From Balanoglossus misakiensis (taxonomy: Eukaryota > Animalia > Hemichordata), in assembly GCA_040954595.2 (NCBI GenBank), contig CM082577.2:19876303-19940302 (forward strand): a stretch of 64,000 nucleotides of DNA, written 5' to 3'. Both the position numbers and the translations under genes were made by a program. The notes beneath the pieces are model-generated. The model was not told the DNA's origin and searched no databases. It saw nothing but the letters and a program-made list of their open reading frames with translations. Below are positions 26,401-35,830 of the stretch, piece after piece. Numbering within the stretch: position 1 is the stretch's first letter; each line of letters starts with the position of its first letter.

Positions 26401-29400
26401 ATATTCCTTTATTTATTTATTTATTTGTTTGTTTGTTTCCCCAAAAAGAACGCCTACTTCTCATGTGCCATGAAAGGGTTTGTCAACACCTTGCAAGATA
26501 CCTAACTATACAAATAAACAATCAATAAAAACTATGCCAACCACGCCACCACAGAGGTTCACCACTGTATGCCCACTGTATGCTTCTGTGGTGTATATTA
26601 CGCCAGAAAAAAGAAATTCCCTTTTTGAAGTTCAAGAGAATAATGCCTGCACCATGATTAGCCCACCTGAGCAAACATTACGCAGATAGAACTGCCAATA
26701 CTTCACTAGTTACACAGTCATTTAGACAAAGCAACCACTCCCAATGAACAACCTTACAAACATGACGTTAATCTGAATCCCCGGTCCTGCCGCATGGGTT
26801 TTTAAGAAAATGCTTTTAAAACTATATGGGGGTTTGTGCTGGGTTCGTGTAGTTCTGAGCCTTGTTCAAAATGTTTTCTAAAACAAGAAAATCAATGGGA
26901 GAAAGATGCTCACAAGAATCTCTCCTTGATTTTTTAGATTCATAATATTCTGATGTATTAAAAGTTACTCCTCTTTATAAAGACAGAATGTAAGAACTGA
27001 GAAGCTGAAGTGAATACATCGTGTGTATGTATGTTGCTCAAGAATGACAGATTGTTTGCTTGAGGGCTCTGCAGCTCTGTCCAGGAATAATGGAGAATGC
27101 CCTCCAGTGGTAATTCTTGGTTTAAATATGCATATTGCTGATAATGTCTTGCAACTTGTGTATAGGGTGGACATTCCAACTGAACGCCGAGTCAAGAGAT
27201 GGGCTATAAGTTTGAAAGAGTTGCTGTGTGATGCCACAGGAAGACATGAATTTGAACTCTTCCTCAGGAAGGAGTACAGTCAGGAAAACATACGTTTTTG
27301 GCAATCGTGTGAAGAGTTGAAATTTTCCCCACAATCCCAAATCCAACAAAAGGTTCAGGCAATTTACAGGTTTGTGAGAATTTCATTGAAATTTGTGTAA
27401 ATGTTAGTGTCAGTGTGTTGTTAATAATGTGAGTGATGAATGCGAATGGCAAACATGAATCATTTTGGACTAATTGGCATTTTCCCTGTTTCAAAAGCAT
27501 GATGTTATATGTTGCTTCTAATCAAACCAGGATGTCAATCAAACATTGAAAGACAAATAAGTAGAGCATAATAGTAATTATATTATATCAGTGCAACATG
27601 GCAACAAATACATTGTTGTCATTGGATTGGATTTCCAACGCACCATTTTCTTGTCACGTACATGAAGTTAGCCTCAGCCTCAGCTTGAAAGGTCACGCAA
27701 ATATGAGGATGAGGCTGAAGCTGAGGCTAAGTCTCATATCCCAGGCCTGTCCTTATCTAAACAGTCGAGTCGCGACTGAACAATCAGCATATGGAGTCAA
27801 AATCAATTTTTAGCTCTGCTGTCACTTGTGTCAGCTGAGCTGTAGCAGTAGGTTGATAAGTGTCCGTCCGTCGTCCGTCAACTTTTGGTATTTCAATCTT
27901 CTTCTTTAAAACAACTTGGCATATTTAGCTGAAATTTGGTTGGAATGTGTGTTATGGTGCCCTTAACTGATTTTGTAAATTTGGATTTGATGGGTCATGA
28001 ATATGCAAATTAGATCTAAAAATAGAAGTTTTGGTAAAAATCTTCTTCTCCTCAACTACATGTACAATGGAGCTGAAATTTGGTAGGAATGTGTGTTATG
28101 GTGCCCCTACCCGATTTTGTAAATTTGGATTTGATAGGGTCATGAATGTGCAAATTAGATCTAAAAATAGAATTTTTGGTCAAAAATCTTCTTCTCCATA
28201 ACTACATGTACGATGGAGCTGAAATTTGGTAGGAATGTGTGTTATGGTGCCCCTACCTGATTTTATTAAATTGGATATGATGGGGTCATAAATATGCAAA
28301 TTAGATCTAAAAATAGATTTTTTGGTAACAAATCTTCTTCTCCCTAACTACATGTACGATGGAGCTGAAATTTGGTAGGAATGTGTGTTATGATTTTGTT
28401 AATTTGGATTTGATCGGGTCATGAATATGCAAATTAGAACCTTGGTGCTTCCTTTTGATTTTGTTCTTAAGGATTCAATTCTTTCTTTCTTTAGCACAAT
28501 GAATCAAGCTGAATTTGGATAAATACTTGTGATGTCTATGTTGGTTTTGTTCAATAGAATACAATTGTTATGAATTACATGTAAAACCTTGGGGTTCATA
28601 TCATTGCCCAGGTTACACTGTTAAAGTCAGCAGAGCTATTTTGACCGATAGGTCACTTGTTTAGACTACCCCATGTAAAATACTTTACCTATATCGCTTT
28701 CGCTTCTTTTATATCACATCAGGTATCTGAAATTCATGATAATTTTGATGTTTTGTATTGACATTTGAAATAAACTTTGACCTCGAAGCAATTTTCTCTT
28801 GAGAGTTTCTTATTCGCTTCTATGAAGCATTTAAAAATCAGAAGTCGTATCTGTATTTACATTCATCCAAATCAGTGAGAGAAATGATATTATTTAAATA
28901 TTATCCTCCAGTTTAATAAATTGCCGATGACGGCAATTTATGAAATAAACTTTGACCTCGAAGCAATTTTCTCTTGAGAGTTTCTTATTCGCTTCTATGA
29001 AGCATTTAAAAATCAGAAGTCGTATCTGTATTTACATTCATCCAAATCAGTGAGAGAAATGATATTATTTAAATATTATCCTCCAGTTTAATAAATTGCC
29101 GATGACGGATTGTTAATCTTTGGAGCTGAGGTGACCTTTCAGCCTCATCCTCAGCCTGAAGGATGAAGCTGAGGCTGTTGCTAACTTCACATACATTTGC
29201 TTCTCTAGAGAATTTCTGGCAACAGGGGCACCATGTGAAATTAATGTGGATGGTAAGACCATCGAAGCAACTCAGAAAGCATTGCAGAAACCCAATCGCT
29301 TTACTTTTGAGGCTGCACAGACACATATATTTATGTTGATGAAGAAAGACAGCTACCCAAGGTTTCTGCGATCAGATGCATATAAAAACCTACTGGCTAA

Positions 29401-32400
29401 TTCTCTTCAACCCTCTTCCAAGAAAAAGTGAGTACATGTTCATTATAATTTTATAACATTGTTTATGACAGTTTTAAATTACAATTTTTGGTGTTGACCA
29501 ACCAAGACGAATCATTGTGAAAGTTTAAGTTGAGAAGTTTATTTTAATGCATTACACAGAGGAATATATATTTATGATGGAGTCAGTGTTCATTTAATGC
29601 ATACATGGAGCCATGCATTCAAAAAAGGAGGTTGTCATATTTTTAGACCAGTGGAGATCCTGTTATACCTTGAAAAATAATCTTGGTGGATCACTATTCT
29701 TTACTATCAATCACGTGATCTGGCAATGTTCCCCATGGCGCAGTCATTTCCAGATGACGGGCAAGCAATATTTCGGCATCCAGTAGAAGTTTTTCCGAGT
29801 ATGTGTTTACTTTAGAACCGCCAAACACGTAACATGCATTGGGTATGGTACCTCATCAGCCTCATTGCATTTCGTCTGCACAGTCTTTGTCTGCACCACG
29901 TTGCTGAAGTTGCCTGTCATCTGGAAATTTGAATACGAACATAACTGCCGCCTGAGCGCGTCTGACGTCATTTGATAGCGAAGAATTGTAGAATATTGTG
30001 TAAATATCTGGTTATTGGCAGGCACAAATGCCATGTATGTGAGGTCTGTAAAATTTACAGTTTTATGATATACCTGATTAAATACTGAATTAAAATGGTA
30101 AAAAATCAGCCAAAATTATCAGCAGCTCATTGTTCCCAAGCTTTGAGTAAAAAATTCAACCAATACCACTACAATCGGTAACATTTTGCTGGTTTGTGCA
30201 CAAAATGCCAATTTGACAAATTCTTCCGAAATGTGATATGGCCACTTTTTCACAAATGTGAGGCTACTTTTCCCATAGGTTAATATACAAGACCATAACT
30301 CAAGGTGAATGGTATTTGACAAAATTTTAAAAATTCTTCATGTATATTTGACTTAAACATAATTTTATTCTCTATAAGATTTTTTGCCTTTGGTGGAAGA
30401 CTTAAGACTGCAAAAGTGACTCCAAATGCATCACCACAACCCCTTAGACGACGTGGTAGTGCTAATGATATGACATACAAAGCACACAATACACTGCGAG
30501 GATTGTCACTAAGCACTGGAAATCTGCAGGATCTGGATCAGTGTGAGGCTAAACTCCAAGCAGACTTCCTTCATTCTGATGTGTATGTATGCAAACCACT
30601 TACCAAGCATTTAGTGCATTATTAAATCATGGAGTATTTCTGTCTTGTACCCATTGAGCTGTATACCATATATGGGCAAAATCATCTGTCTTTAAAATTG
30701 ATGCTATATATATCCCTTATAATCCTATAGGATTCCTATAGGACATTGATATAGGAGTCTTATAAGATTTTGGAACTCATCACATGAACTGGCCTGTATC
30801 ACCACCTGTGTGACCTAGACCAGAACTGCATATATGTAAAGGTGCCTCAGAAGCCTATATGTTACCAAAAGTGTCACTCTTGTGGCAAATCACTATTTGC
30901 GACTGTCTCAAATGGTATCCTGTGTTGGCGCTGCCTATTCGCCGCCTTTGCAAATGTGAATTAAATCAAATGTGGCGAACAATTTTTGGACAATGTTCGC
31001 CACAATTGGTGAAAGGAAAATTGCCCGAGTTTTGACAGGAATAAAAGATTGGTCAACTCAGAAGTGCTGCATACGGCATACATAGCATAGCATATCAGTG
31101 AGAAAACGCCCTCACCATGAGTGTTAATGTCTCACTCCCTATCCTTCCAAGATTTATGACCCAATTGTATTAAGTTAACTGAGGAGAGTTTGGATGTGAA
31201 GTATTCACTTTATTGATGTAAGGAACACTAAGTTTCTGTTGTATGTCCATATTGCGGCACATGTTTTGAAGCTTTATCTGAACGTTAAATAAATCTTAAA
31301 ATGAAAAAAGTCAAATAAAACTGAATTGCTTATTGGAGAATATTACAACTGTAGAACAGTCCATGTTTGTTGAATCCAGAATGATGTTAACCCTTTGCAT
31401 CATGCCGCCTAGTGACCACTCACATCATTTGGACAATTTCTTCCAAGCTGGGTTCAATGAAAACTTTTGGCTCTTTTGTAGCTACCAAGGAGGATCAAGA
31501 GAAAGTTCACCAAACCATTCTTCTCCAACATCCAATACAACCAGAAAATTCATGTAAGTACAATTATTATACACCAACAACACAACCTATAAAGTCCAGT
31601 GACAATCAGACAATATTTCGACATTTTACAGCGTCTGGTATTATGGACTTGTCTTGGGCTTAAATACATCTACATGTAGCATGAAGCCCTGACTGTAATT
31701 TGTCAAATAATTGTTGGTTCACCATTAACCAGGAAGTGTAACACATATAGTTCTCTGACCAGTTTCACAATGCGTTATAGGTTTGTGCAGATGACATGTG
31801 TCATTTCACAATTTCATAATTATGTTTTCAGTATTGAGTTACATCACTGATGTAAATCTACATGATTATATTTCTCTTTTTACTCTTACCCATCATTAAT
31901 TCATATTGTAATGGACATTACTTTAAAAGAAATCCTTTTTGCTGTACCTTGTGGTATCTATACAGTAACTCATCTAATAACATTCTTTTTCATAATGACT
32001 GGGGTGTGGGAGGAGGGATGAGTGAGGTAGGGGGAAAGGGTATCCCAAGTACACATGATATCACAGCTCCTTCCTCTCATTTCTCCATCACTAAGATAGG
32101 GACTGTAAATCCATAGTGTTATGATGAAAGCATCAGGTTTTAAAGATATTAACCCTCTGAATGCCACAATTTCATTGTCAAAATGTGATGAAATATTTTT
32201 ATCATTTTCACACATTTTTTCCTTAGTTTAGTCCCCGTTTCCAGACTTCTAGACATATTTATGTATACAGTTTTTCTTCCATAAAGAATTAATACACCTG
32301 TGGAGCTCTTTTCATCTTCTTTCTTTTAGAATTGGTTCACCGCCATCACCTCGTAAAAAGACTGATTTTACATCTCCAGATAGAGCCAATGTATCCCTTG

Positions 32401-32543
32401 AAGTTCCAAAGCATTATCCGGTACATTCTCCAGACAATTTAGATACAGGCACCAATAGCAAAGCTCTCACTTTTCCAGTCCCTTCAAAGAAGAGTCTGAT
32501 AACACCATGGGAAGATCAAGATGCTCAGAATGAAATCAACTGA
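2707..32543 (+). CDS. R7-family regulator of G-protein signalling (RGS6/7/9/11 group; most like the RGS9/11/EAT-16 type), 14 coding exons, 591 aa
   Basis: Exons 2707-2757, 10729-10825, 15129-15341, 15661-15725, 19035-19111, 19453-19534, 24346-24447, 25406-25467, 26011-26124, 27166-27369, 29209-29427, 30379-30582, 31482-31553, 32330-32543. All introns GT-AG with compatible phases; total 1776 nt. Motifs: DEP (GIPIRSQKVFLTSIPCAFTGYDLIEWL), DHEX (SQERAFWRVHRPP), GGL (DPILAGAQPSNPWVTDD), RGS (EYSQENIRFW, EINVD, MKKDSYPRFLRS). The last three exons are less certain. Confidence 0.93.
3878..5277 (-). mobile_element. Non-autonomous Helentron/DINE-like element with ~239-bp internal tandem units
   Basis: Splits the SAP codons at an A-run without a clear TSD; GGGCACAAGC motif at both ends, hairpin gggcacaagc..gcttgtgccc, terminal gctgcaagcagc; about three 239-bp units. 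Confidence 0.65.
6301..7046 (-). mobile_element. 5'-truncated non-LTR retrotransposon (Rex1/Babar-like RT C-terminus)
   Basis: WCAANNLELNVSKTKEIIIDFRR...FKFLGIHISSDLTW...KAQRRLFFLRRL...FYQAVVESVL; 3' AATAAA plus GAAA tail; interrupts the SWIM ORF (VAVSVL|SGFVK). Confidence 0.88.
7530..9057 (-). pseudogene. THAP-domain transposase N-terminus (spliced, frameshifted, DDE domain deleted)
   Basis: Exons 9057-8783, 8279-8150, 7912-~7530. MGATKHCCYGHC...FIRFPKP..(frameshift)..KWIYACGR...YICSLHF..PDPIP is a THAP C2CH pattern; then a coiled-coil-like stretch and FSVEDVKNDDAKCKFYCGL..F..VFNFLG as in Harbinger/ISL2EU transposases. Confidence 0.8.
10408..10500 (+). repeat. (TCA)31 microsatellite
   Basis: Pure trinucleotide run followed by (ACA)n. 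Confidence 0.95.
10729..10825 (+). CDS. RGS exon 2 (start of DEP domain)
   Basis: tttcag|ATGGAA...ACAG|gttag; MERVIRDMQHQETGIPIRSQKVFLTSIPCAFT. Confidence 0.92.
11200..11907 (+). mobile_element. Hairpin-ended interspersed element, family A
   Basis: Starts ttatcatacatgc; internal gcatgtgtgataa|aggggttattacac; ends ataacccct. Confidence 0.75.
12843..13490 (+). mobile_element. Hairpin-ended interspersed element, family D
   Basis: Starts attattatacacct; internal aggtgtataataat|aaggttattcacaaaat; ends attttgtgaataacctt. Confidence 0.65.
13676..14311 (-). mobile_element. Family A copy
   Basis: Reverse complement of the 11200-11907 family. Confidence 0.75.
14363..15059. mobile_element. Unclassified non-autonomous DNA transposon with 9-bp TSD
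   Basis: Ends TAGACTAGC / GCAAGTCTA flanked by CATTAAATC at 14354-14362 and 15060-15068. Confidence 0.75.
15129..15341 (+). CDS. RGS exon 3 (DEP domain)
   Basis: ttgcag|GTTATGAT...TATG|gtaaat; YDLIEWLMENLDIQDSIEALHLSNLFCQYGYIFP...LYRFQSPYFWPS. Confidence 0.93.
15661..15725 (+). CDS. RGS exon 4
   Basis: tctcag|CCATC...TCA|gtaag; AIYLAKRTMRNKQRHGLDEYES. Confidence 0.9.
15921..18350. mobile_element. Harbinger-type MITE carrying a satellite array
   Basis: TIR GGGACCGTTCAGTTTTTACGGC / GCCGTAAAAACTGAACGGTCCC, TAA on both sides. Confidence 0.85.
16126..17425. repeat. 70-bp tandem satellite containing telomere-like CCCTAA/TCCTAA units (~18-19 copies)
   Basis: Unit accctaaccctaatcctaaccgaggagccctggactggagacctaaccctaatcctaaccccagactgga. 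Confidence 0.95.
19035..19111 (+). CDS. RGS exon 5 (DHEX)
   Basis: aatcag|AATGCA...AG|gtaatt; NAFSKLQRMLCHKWEFVFMQAEEQI. Confidence 0.9.
19453..19534 (+). CDS. RGS exon 6 (DHEX)
   Basis: gatag|AATT...CCA|gtaagt; IAKQRKKADRIVLDSQERAFWRVHRPP. Confidence 0.92.
19824..20976. mobile_element. CAGGGTTC..GAACCCTG MITE with nested family C copy and partial Harbinger MITE (from 20554)
   Basis: TIR cagggttcgtac / gtatgaaccctg, AATACA on both sides; related end near 44365. Confidence 0.6.
19954..20264 (-). mobile_element. Hairpin-ended element, family C
   Basis: Reverse complement of 32546-32889. Confidence 0.7.
22338..22655 (+). mobile_element. Hairpin-ended element, family B
   Basis: Starts attatattataccagtatatt; internal aatatactgacataatataat|agcaataaaacacc; long terminal hairpin. 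Confidence 0.75.
23427..23477 (+). repeat. (TG)n microsatellite
   Basis: Direct observation. Confidence 0.9.
23719..24283. mobile_element. Tc1/mariner-type MITE
   Basis: TA|CAGTGGAAC...GTTCCACTG|TA. Confidence 0.7.
24346..24447 (+). CDS. RGS exon 7
   Basis: tatag|CCAGGA...CAG|gtactt; PGLVLALEVGIKRTCRAGSFNVKKRRTMEDYKKQ. Confidence 0.85.
25406..25467 (+). CDS. RGS exon 8 (GGL start)
   Basis: tgtag|ATTGCA...TA|gtaagt; IAYLQRALQRPRLKASKAIH. Confidence 0.88.
26011..26124 (+). CDS. RGS exon 9 (GGL domain)
   Basis: cttag|CCTT...CT|gtgagt; LIHRCEQYAEHDPILAGAQPSNPWVTDDTTMW. Confidence 0.92.
26146..26514. mobile_element. Fold-back MITE with long TIRs
   Basis: tgtatagttaggtatcttgcaaggtgttgacaaaccct... 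/ ...agggtttgtcaacaccttgcaagatacctaactataca. Confidence 0.8.
27166..27369 (+). CDS. RGS exon 10 (RGS domain, N half)
   Basis: tatag|GGTG...AG|gtttgt; PTERRVKRWAISLKELLCDATGRHEFELFLRKEYSQENIRFW. Confidence 0.94.
27658..29194. mobile_element. MITE with nested Helentron-like element and an internal 168-bp duplication
   Basis: TIR gtacatgaagttagcctcagcctcagctt / aagctgaggctgttgctaacttcacatac. Confidence 0.6.
27807..28661 (+). mobile_element. Helentron-associated (DINE-1/HINE-like) element with 146-bp tandem units
   Basis: 5' tttttagctc, gtcc microsatellite, ~146-bp repeats, 3' gagcta plus tgacc-gata-ggtca hairpin; second copy at 54100-54673 (-). Confidence 0.75.
29209..29427 (+). CDS. RGS exon 11 (RGS domain, C half)
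   Basis: ctctag|AGAA...AA|gtgagt; EFLATGAPCEINVDGKT...AQTHIFMLMKKDSYPRFLRS. Confidence 0.94.
30379..30582 (+). CDS. RGS exon 12 (C-terminal tail)
   Basis: tataag|ATTT...GT|gtatgt; FFAFGGRLKTAKVTPNASPQPLRRRGS; phase-compatible. Confidence 0.75.
31482..31553 (+). CDS. RGS exon 13 (C-terminal tail)
   Basis: ttgtag|CTAC...AT|gtaagt; YQGGSRESSPNHSSPTSNTTRKF; symmetric phase-2 exon. Confidence 0.65.
32330..32543 (+). CDS. RGS last coding exon
   Basis: Strong pyrimidine tract ttcttttag|; IGSPPSPRKK...KKSLITPWEDQDAQNEIN*. Confidence 0.72.
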
Positions 32544-32545
32544 GA

Positions 32546-32889
32546 TTGTAACACACCATGCAGCGAACCCTCGATCGTGATTCGTATATACGCCGTCACA
32601 TGACCTTAGTCATTTCGAACTGTTCCCTAGGGCATCATTTCGATCAGTTTCTGCCCGGTACTGTTGCCCCGTCTTGATATAATTCCGTGTTTGGTGTGTT
32701 ACAAAACACATGATGACTGACAATGAGGGCAACAGTGTATTTTGATGACCTCGGGACTGCCAGTCACACCAAAACAGTCTGTTTTCCCTCGGGCTATGCC
32801 CTCAGGAAAACAAGACTGTTTTAGTTGTGACTAGCAGCGCCCTCGGACAAAAAAATACACTGTTGCCCTCATTGTCAGTCATCATGTGT
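32546..32889 (+). mobile_element. Hairpin-ended element, family C, directly after the RGS stop codon
   Basis: Starts ttgtaacacacca; internal tggtgtgttacaa|aacacatgatgac; ends gtcatcatgtgt. Confidence 0.75.
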
Positions 32890-35255
32890 ATAATATAAAC
32901 AATTTATAATGGACAGTTTTAGGATTTCCTTTTGCTTAATCCTTGCTCTAGTACTGCGTGGATTTTTTGTTTGGGGCTTGGTGTCTCTTGTAAACAGAAG
33001 GAACTCACAGATGAGGTGTTTTCTCGGTGTTGCCCAAATATTTTAAGAGATCTGTGAGGTAGTATGATGCAAATTACAGGAAACTACAGGTGTTTAAAAT
33101 CTTCACCGGCTTGTGAATTGGAGAAGCAATAAAAAAATCCCCCAACACAAGGAGACAGAAAAAATCAGTGGGAGATATGGTAACTTCACACAAGTTTTTT
33201 GCAGAAGGTCCACATTGAGTCATGTGTAAATATCAGAGAGAAATAACTCGCCAGAGAGTTCACCAAATTTTAAAAATACTCCATGTGAAATATATACAAG
33301 AAGTAATAATATTAATAATAATGAGGATAATAATAATAATCACAATTATATTACTCTGTTTATTATAAAGTTTACTGTGTTTTAAATTCTGAATTATGTA
33401 CAGTTTATCTCAGATCTGTAAATATTAATACTGTCATGTAATTATAATAGATGATAATATTCTCCTACTGTAAATATTACTTGTTCTGACAAGAGGCTAG
33501 TTGATATTGTGATATAATTTAATCGACCCTAGAACACACACAACCAATTTGTATTTGTGTTAGTGTCTATTGGTGACATTCAGCAAAATGTTCGCCAAGC
33601 AAATTAGATTACACCTTGAACTTCATTTCCATAGATCTTTCACATTATTATACTGAATGAGAAATACTAGAAGTATTAAAGTACGTATTACCCAGCAAAA
33701 CTGTTGTGCATTCCTTAAAATTTTCAGGTTTTTTCCCACATTATGGGGTTTTGATGTCCAACTCTTCAGATCATTGGTGTATTCTTACAGTAGAAGTATG
33801 CAACCAAACTGATCAAATCATCTGTAAATAGTATATCAAAATGATATGAAATTTCTATACAAAATGAAATTAGGCAAAATATGAATTTCTTTATCATGGT
33901 GAAACATATTTATACAATTATTATTCAAATACAATGTACATCTCAAAGTTAAAAAGTAAAAGAGGATTAGATATGAACTGAATGTCCTCATGAGATATGT
34001 GATGGATCATTTTGTTGCTACATCAATTACCTTTTGCTTTTCAGAGACACAAGGCTGGGGGTTACACATCGATGAAAGTGAATGCTGTTGTTTATTATTA
34101 TGGCGCCGTTTACAGTATGCTGTGGCTTGCCCCGATCCTGTATCCATAGAATTGCATTGATGGTGATTTTTCTTTTGTTCATAACTCAATTAATTCGAAA
34201 GCGACAGTTACCAAAAACTGATCAGTTCTTGCCATTCATGTAAAGAACCTGTGTACTAAAAGTGATCAAAATCTGACACACACACTGTTTTTAGGTCCCA
34301 TTTTGGTATATACAAATTATAGAAAATTGGTAGTTCTCCCAATGCCTTTTGCATTTGCCTGTGGGTAAAATGCTGTTGCACCACCTCTGAGCAAGAATGT
34401 GAATCAACATATGAATCCAACCAATGGCTCCTTCTGCGCATACACCTAATCAGCTCGCCATAATTAGTCCAGGCCATGACAGTACACCACCAGACACCAC
34501 AGTTCGGGCTGTAAAAGTACGCTGCTGTGGCCACATTTGTAAGTCTAGGTCTAATATGGGGTTCACACACATGCATTTGAAATGCTTGTGAACCGTCTCA
34601 GGACAAATACTGGCATCAATGATTATGTTTGAACAGTGGTCCTGGAACGTTTCAGAGCCGGCGTAAAGGATTAACACACTGTCTATGGCGATGAGTGTCA
34701 GGGTCTACGGGACACAAAGGGACTCGAAGGATTAATCCTCTGTGTTACAAATGGCAAAGAGAGTCTCTGAAACATTTCTAGTTTTATCTAGTATGAACCT
34801 GGTATCAGTCCAAAACCTGGCAAAACTAACAACCTTTGGGACCATTCGATGTGGTTGGTTTACACAAAATGTCGGTTTACTCAGGGGGGGGGGTCATAAT
34901 CTGATGATGCTAACTGACACATGGGATTTCTTGTCAAAATATGGAATCATACATAGACATGTATACCTGTCATCTTCATGTACATTGCATCTATTTCACT
35001 TTTAAATAAATATCAATTACAACAATATGTACAGTATGTGCATTTAGTTTCCGAATCTGGACGTATGTCCATATCAGGGACGATTCAAGTTGTAGCATAT
35101 GTCCGTGCGTCCGTCCATTTTTCTTAGACAGGTATGGCTACACGTTTTAGGTGAACCTGTAGAACCCGTGTTCACGTTTGTGTTGGACCTTCACAGGGAA
35201 AAACATTTGGCTGCATGTCAACGTTTGTGTGGCACGCACACTTTGTATTTGAAAT

Positions 35256-35830
35256 TTAAAGGGGAAATCCGGTCTAGCTGATTTCTAAATAATTTGGTAG
35301 CTCTTTCAGAAGAAAAACATTTTCGCCATGTATAAGTCGCGCCATTTTTTTTACAAAAATGAGGGACAGTTGGCAGAATTTTCAATATGGCATTTACTGT
35401 AATTTGAATCATGGGAAAAAAGCACCAGGACCATCTTCCGCCCAACTTGGTGTGGGTGATACCATTTTCCGATTGGTGTCACTGGGCGACAGACTAGGTG
35501 TATTTGCATAGCAATTGTTTATACTTTGCGCCAGTTGATAAACAATCAGGAACCAAGTCGAAAATGTGTCATCAGTTGACAGTTTTCATGAGCTATATGA
35601 AAAATATGCAAATACGCCTAGCCTGTCGTTCAGTGACACCACCAATCGGAAAATGGTATCACCCACACCAAGTTGGGCAGTAGTTGGTCCTGGCGCTTTT
35701 TTTCCCATGATTCAAATGCCATATTGGAAATTCTGCCAACCGTCCCTCGTTTTTGTAAAAAAAATCGAGCGACTTATACAGGGCGAAAATGTTTATTTTC
35801 TGAAAGAGTGGCCACAAAGCTACCAAATTA
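35256..35830. mobile_element. Long-inverted-repeat MITE, Kolobok-like left end
   Basis: TTAA|AGGGG start; ~35290-35510 is inverted at ~35605-35829. Confidence 0.55.
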
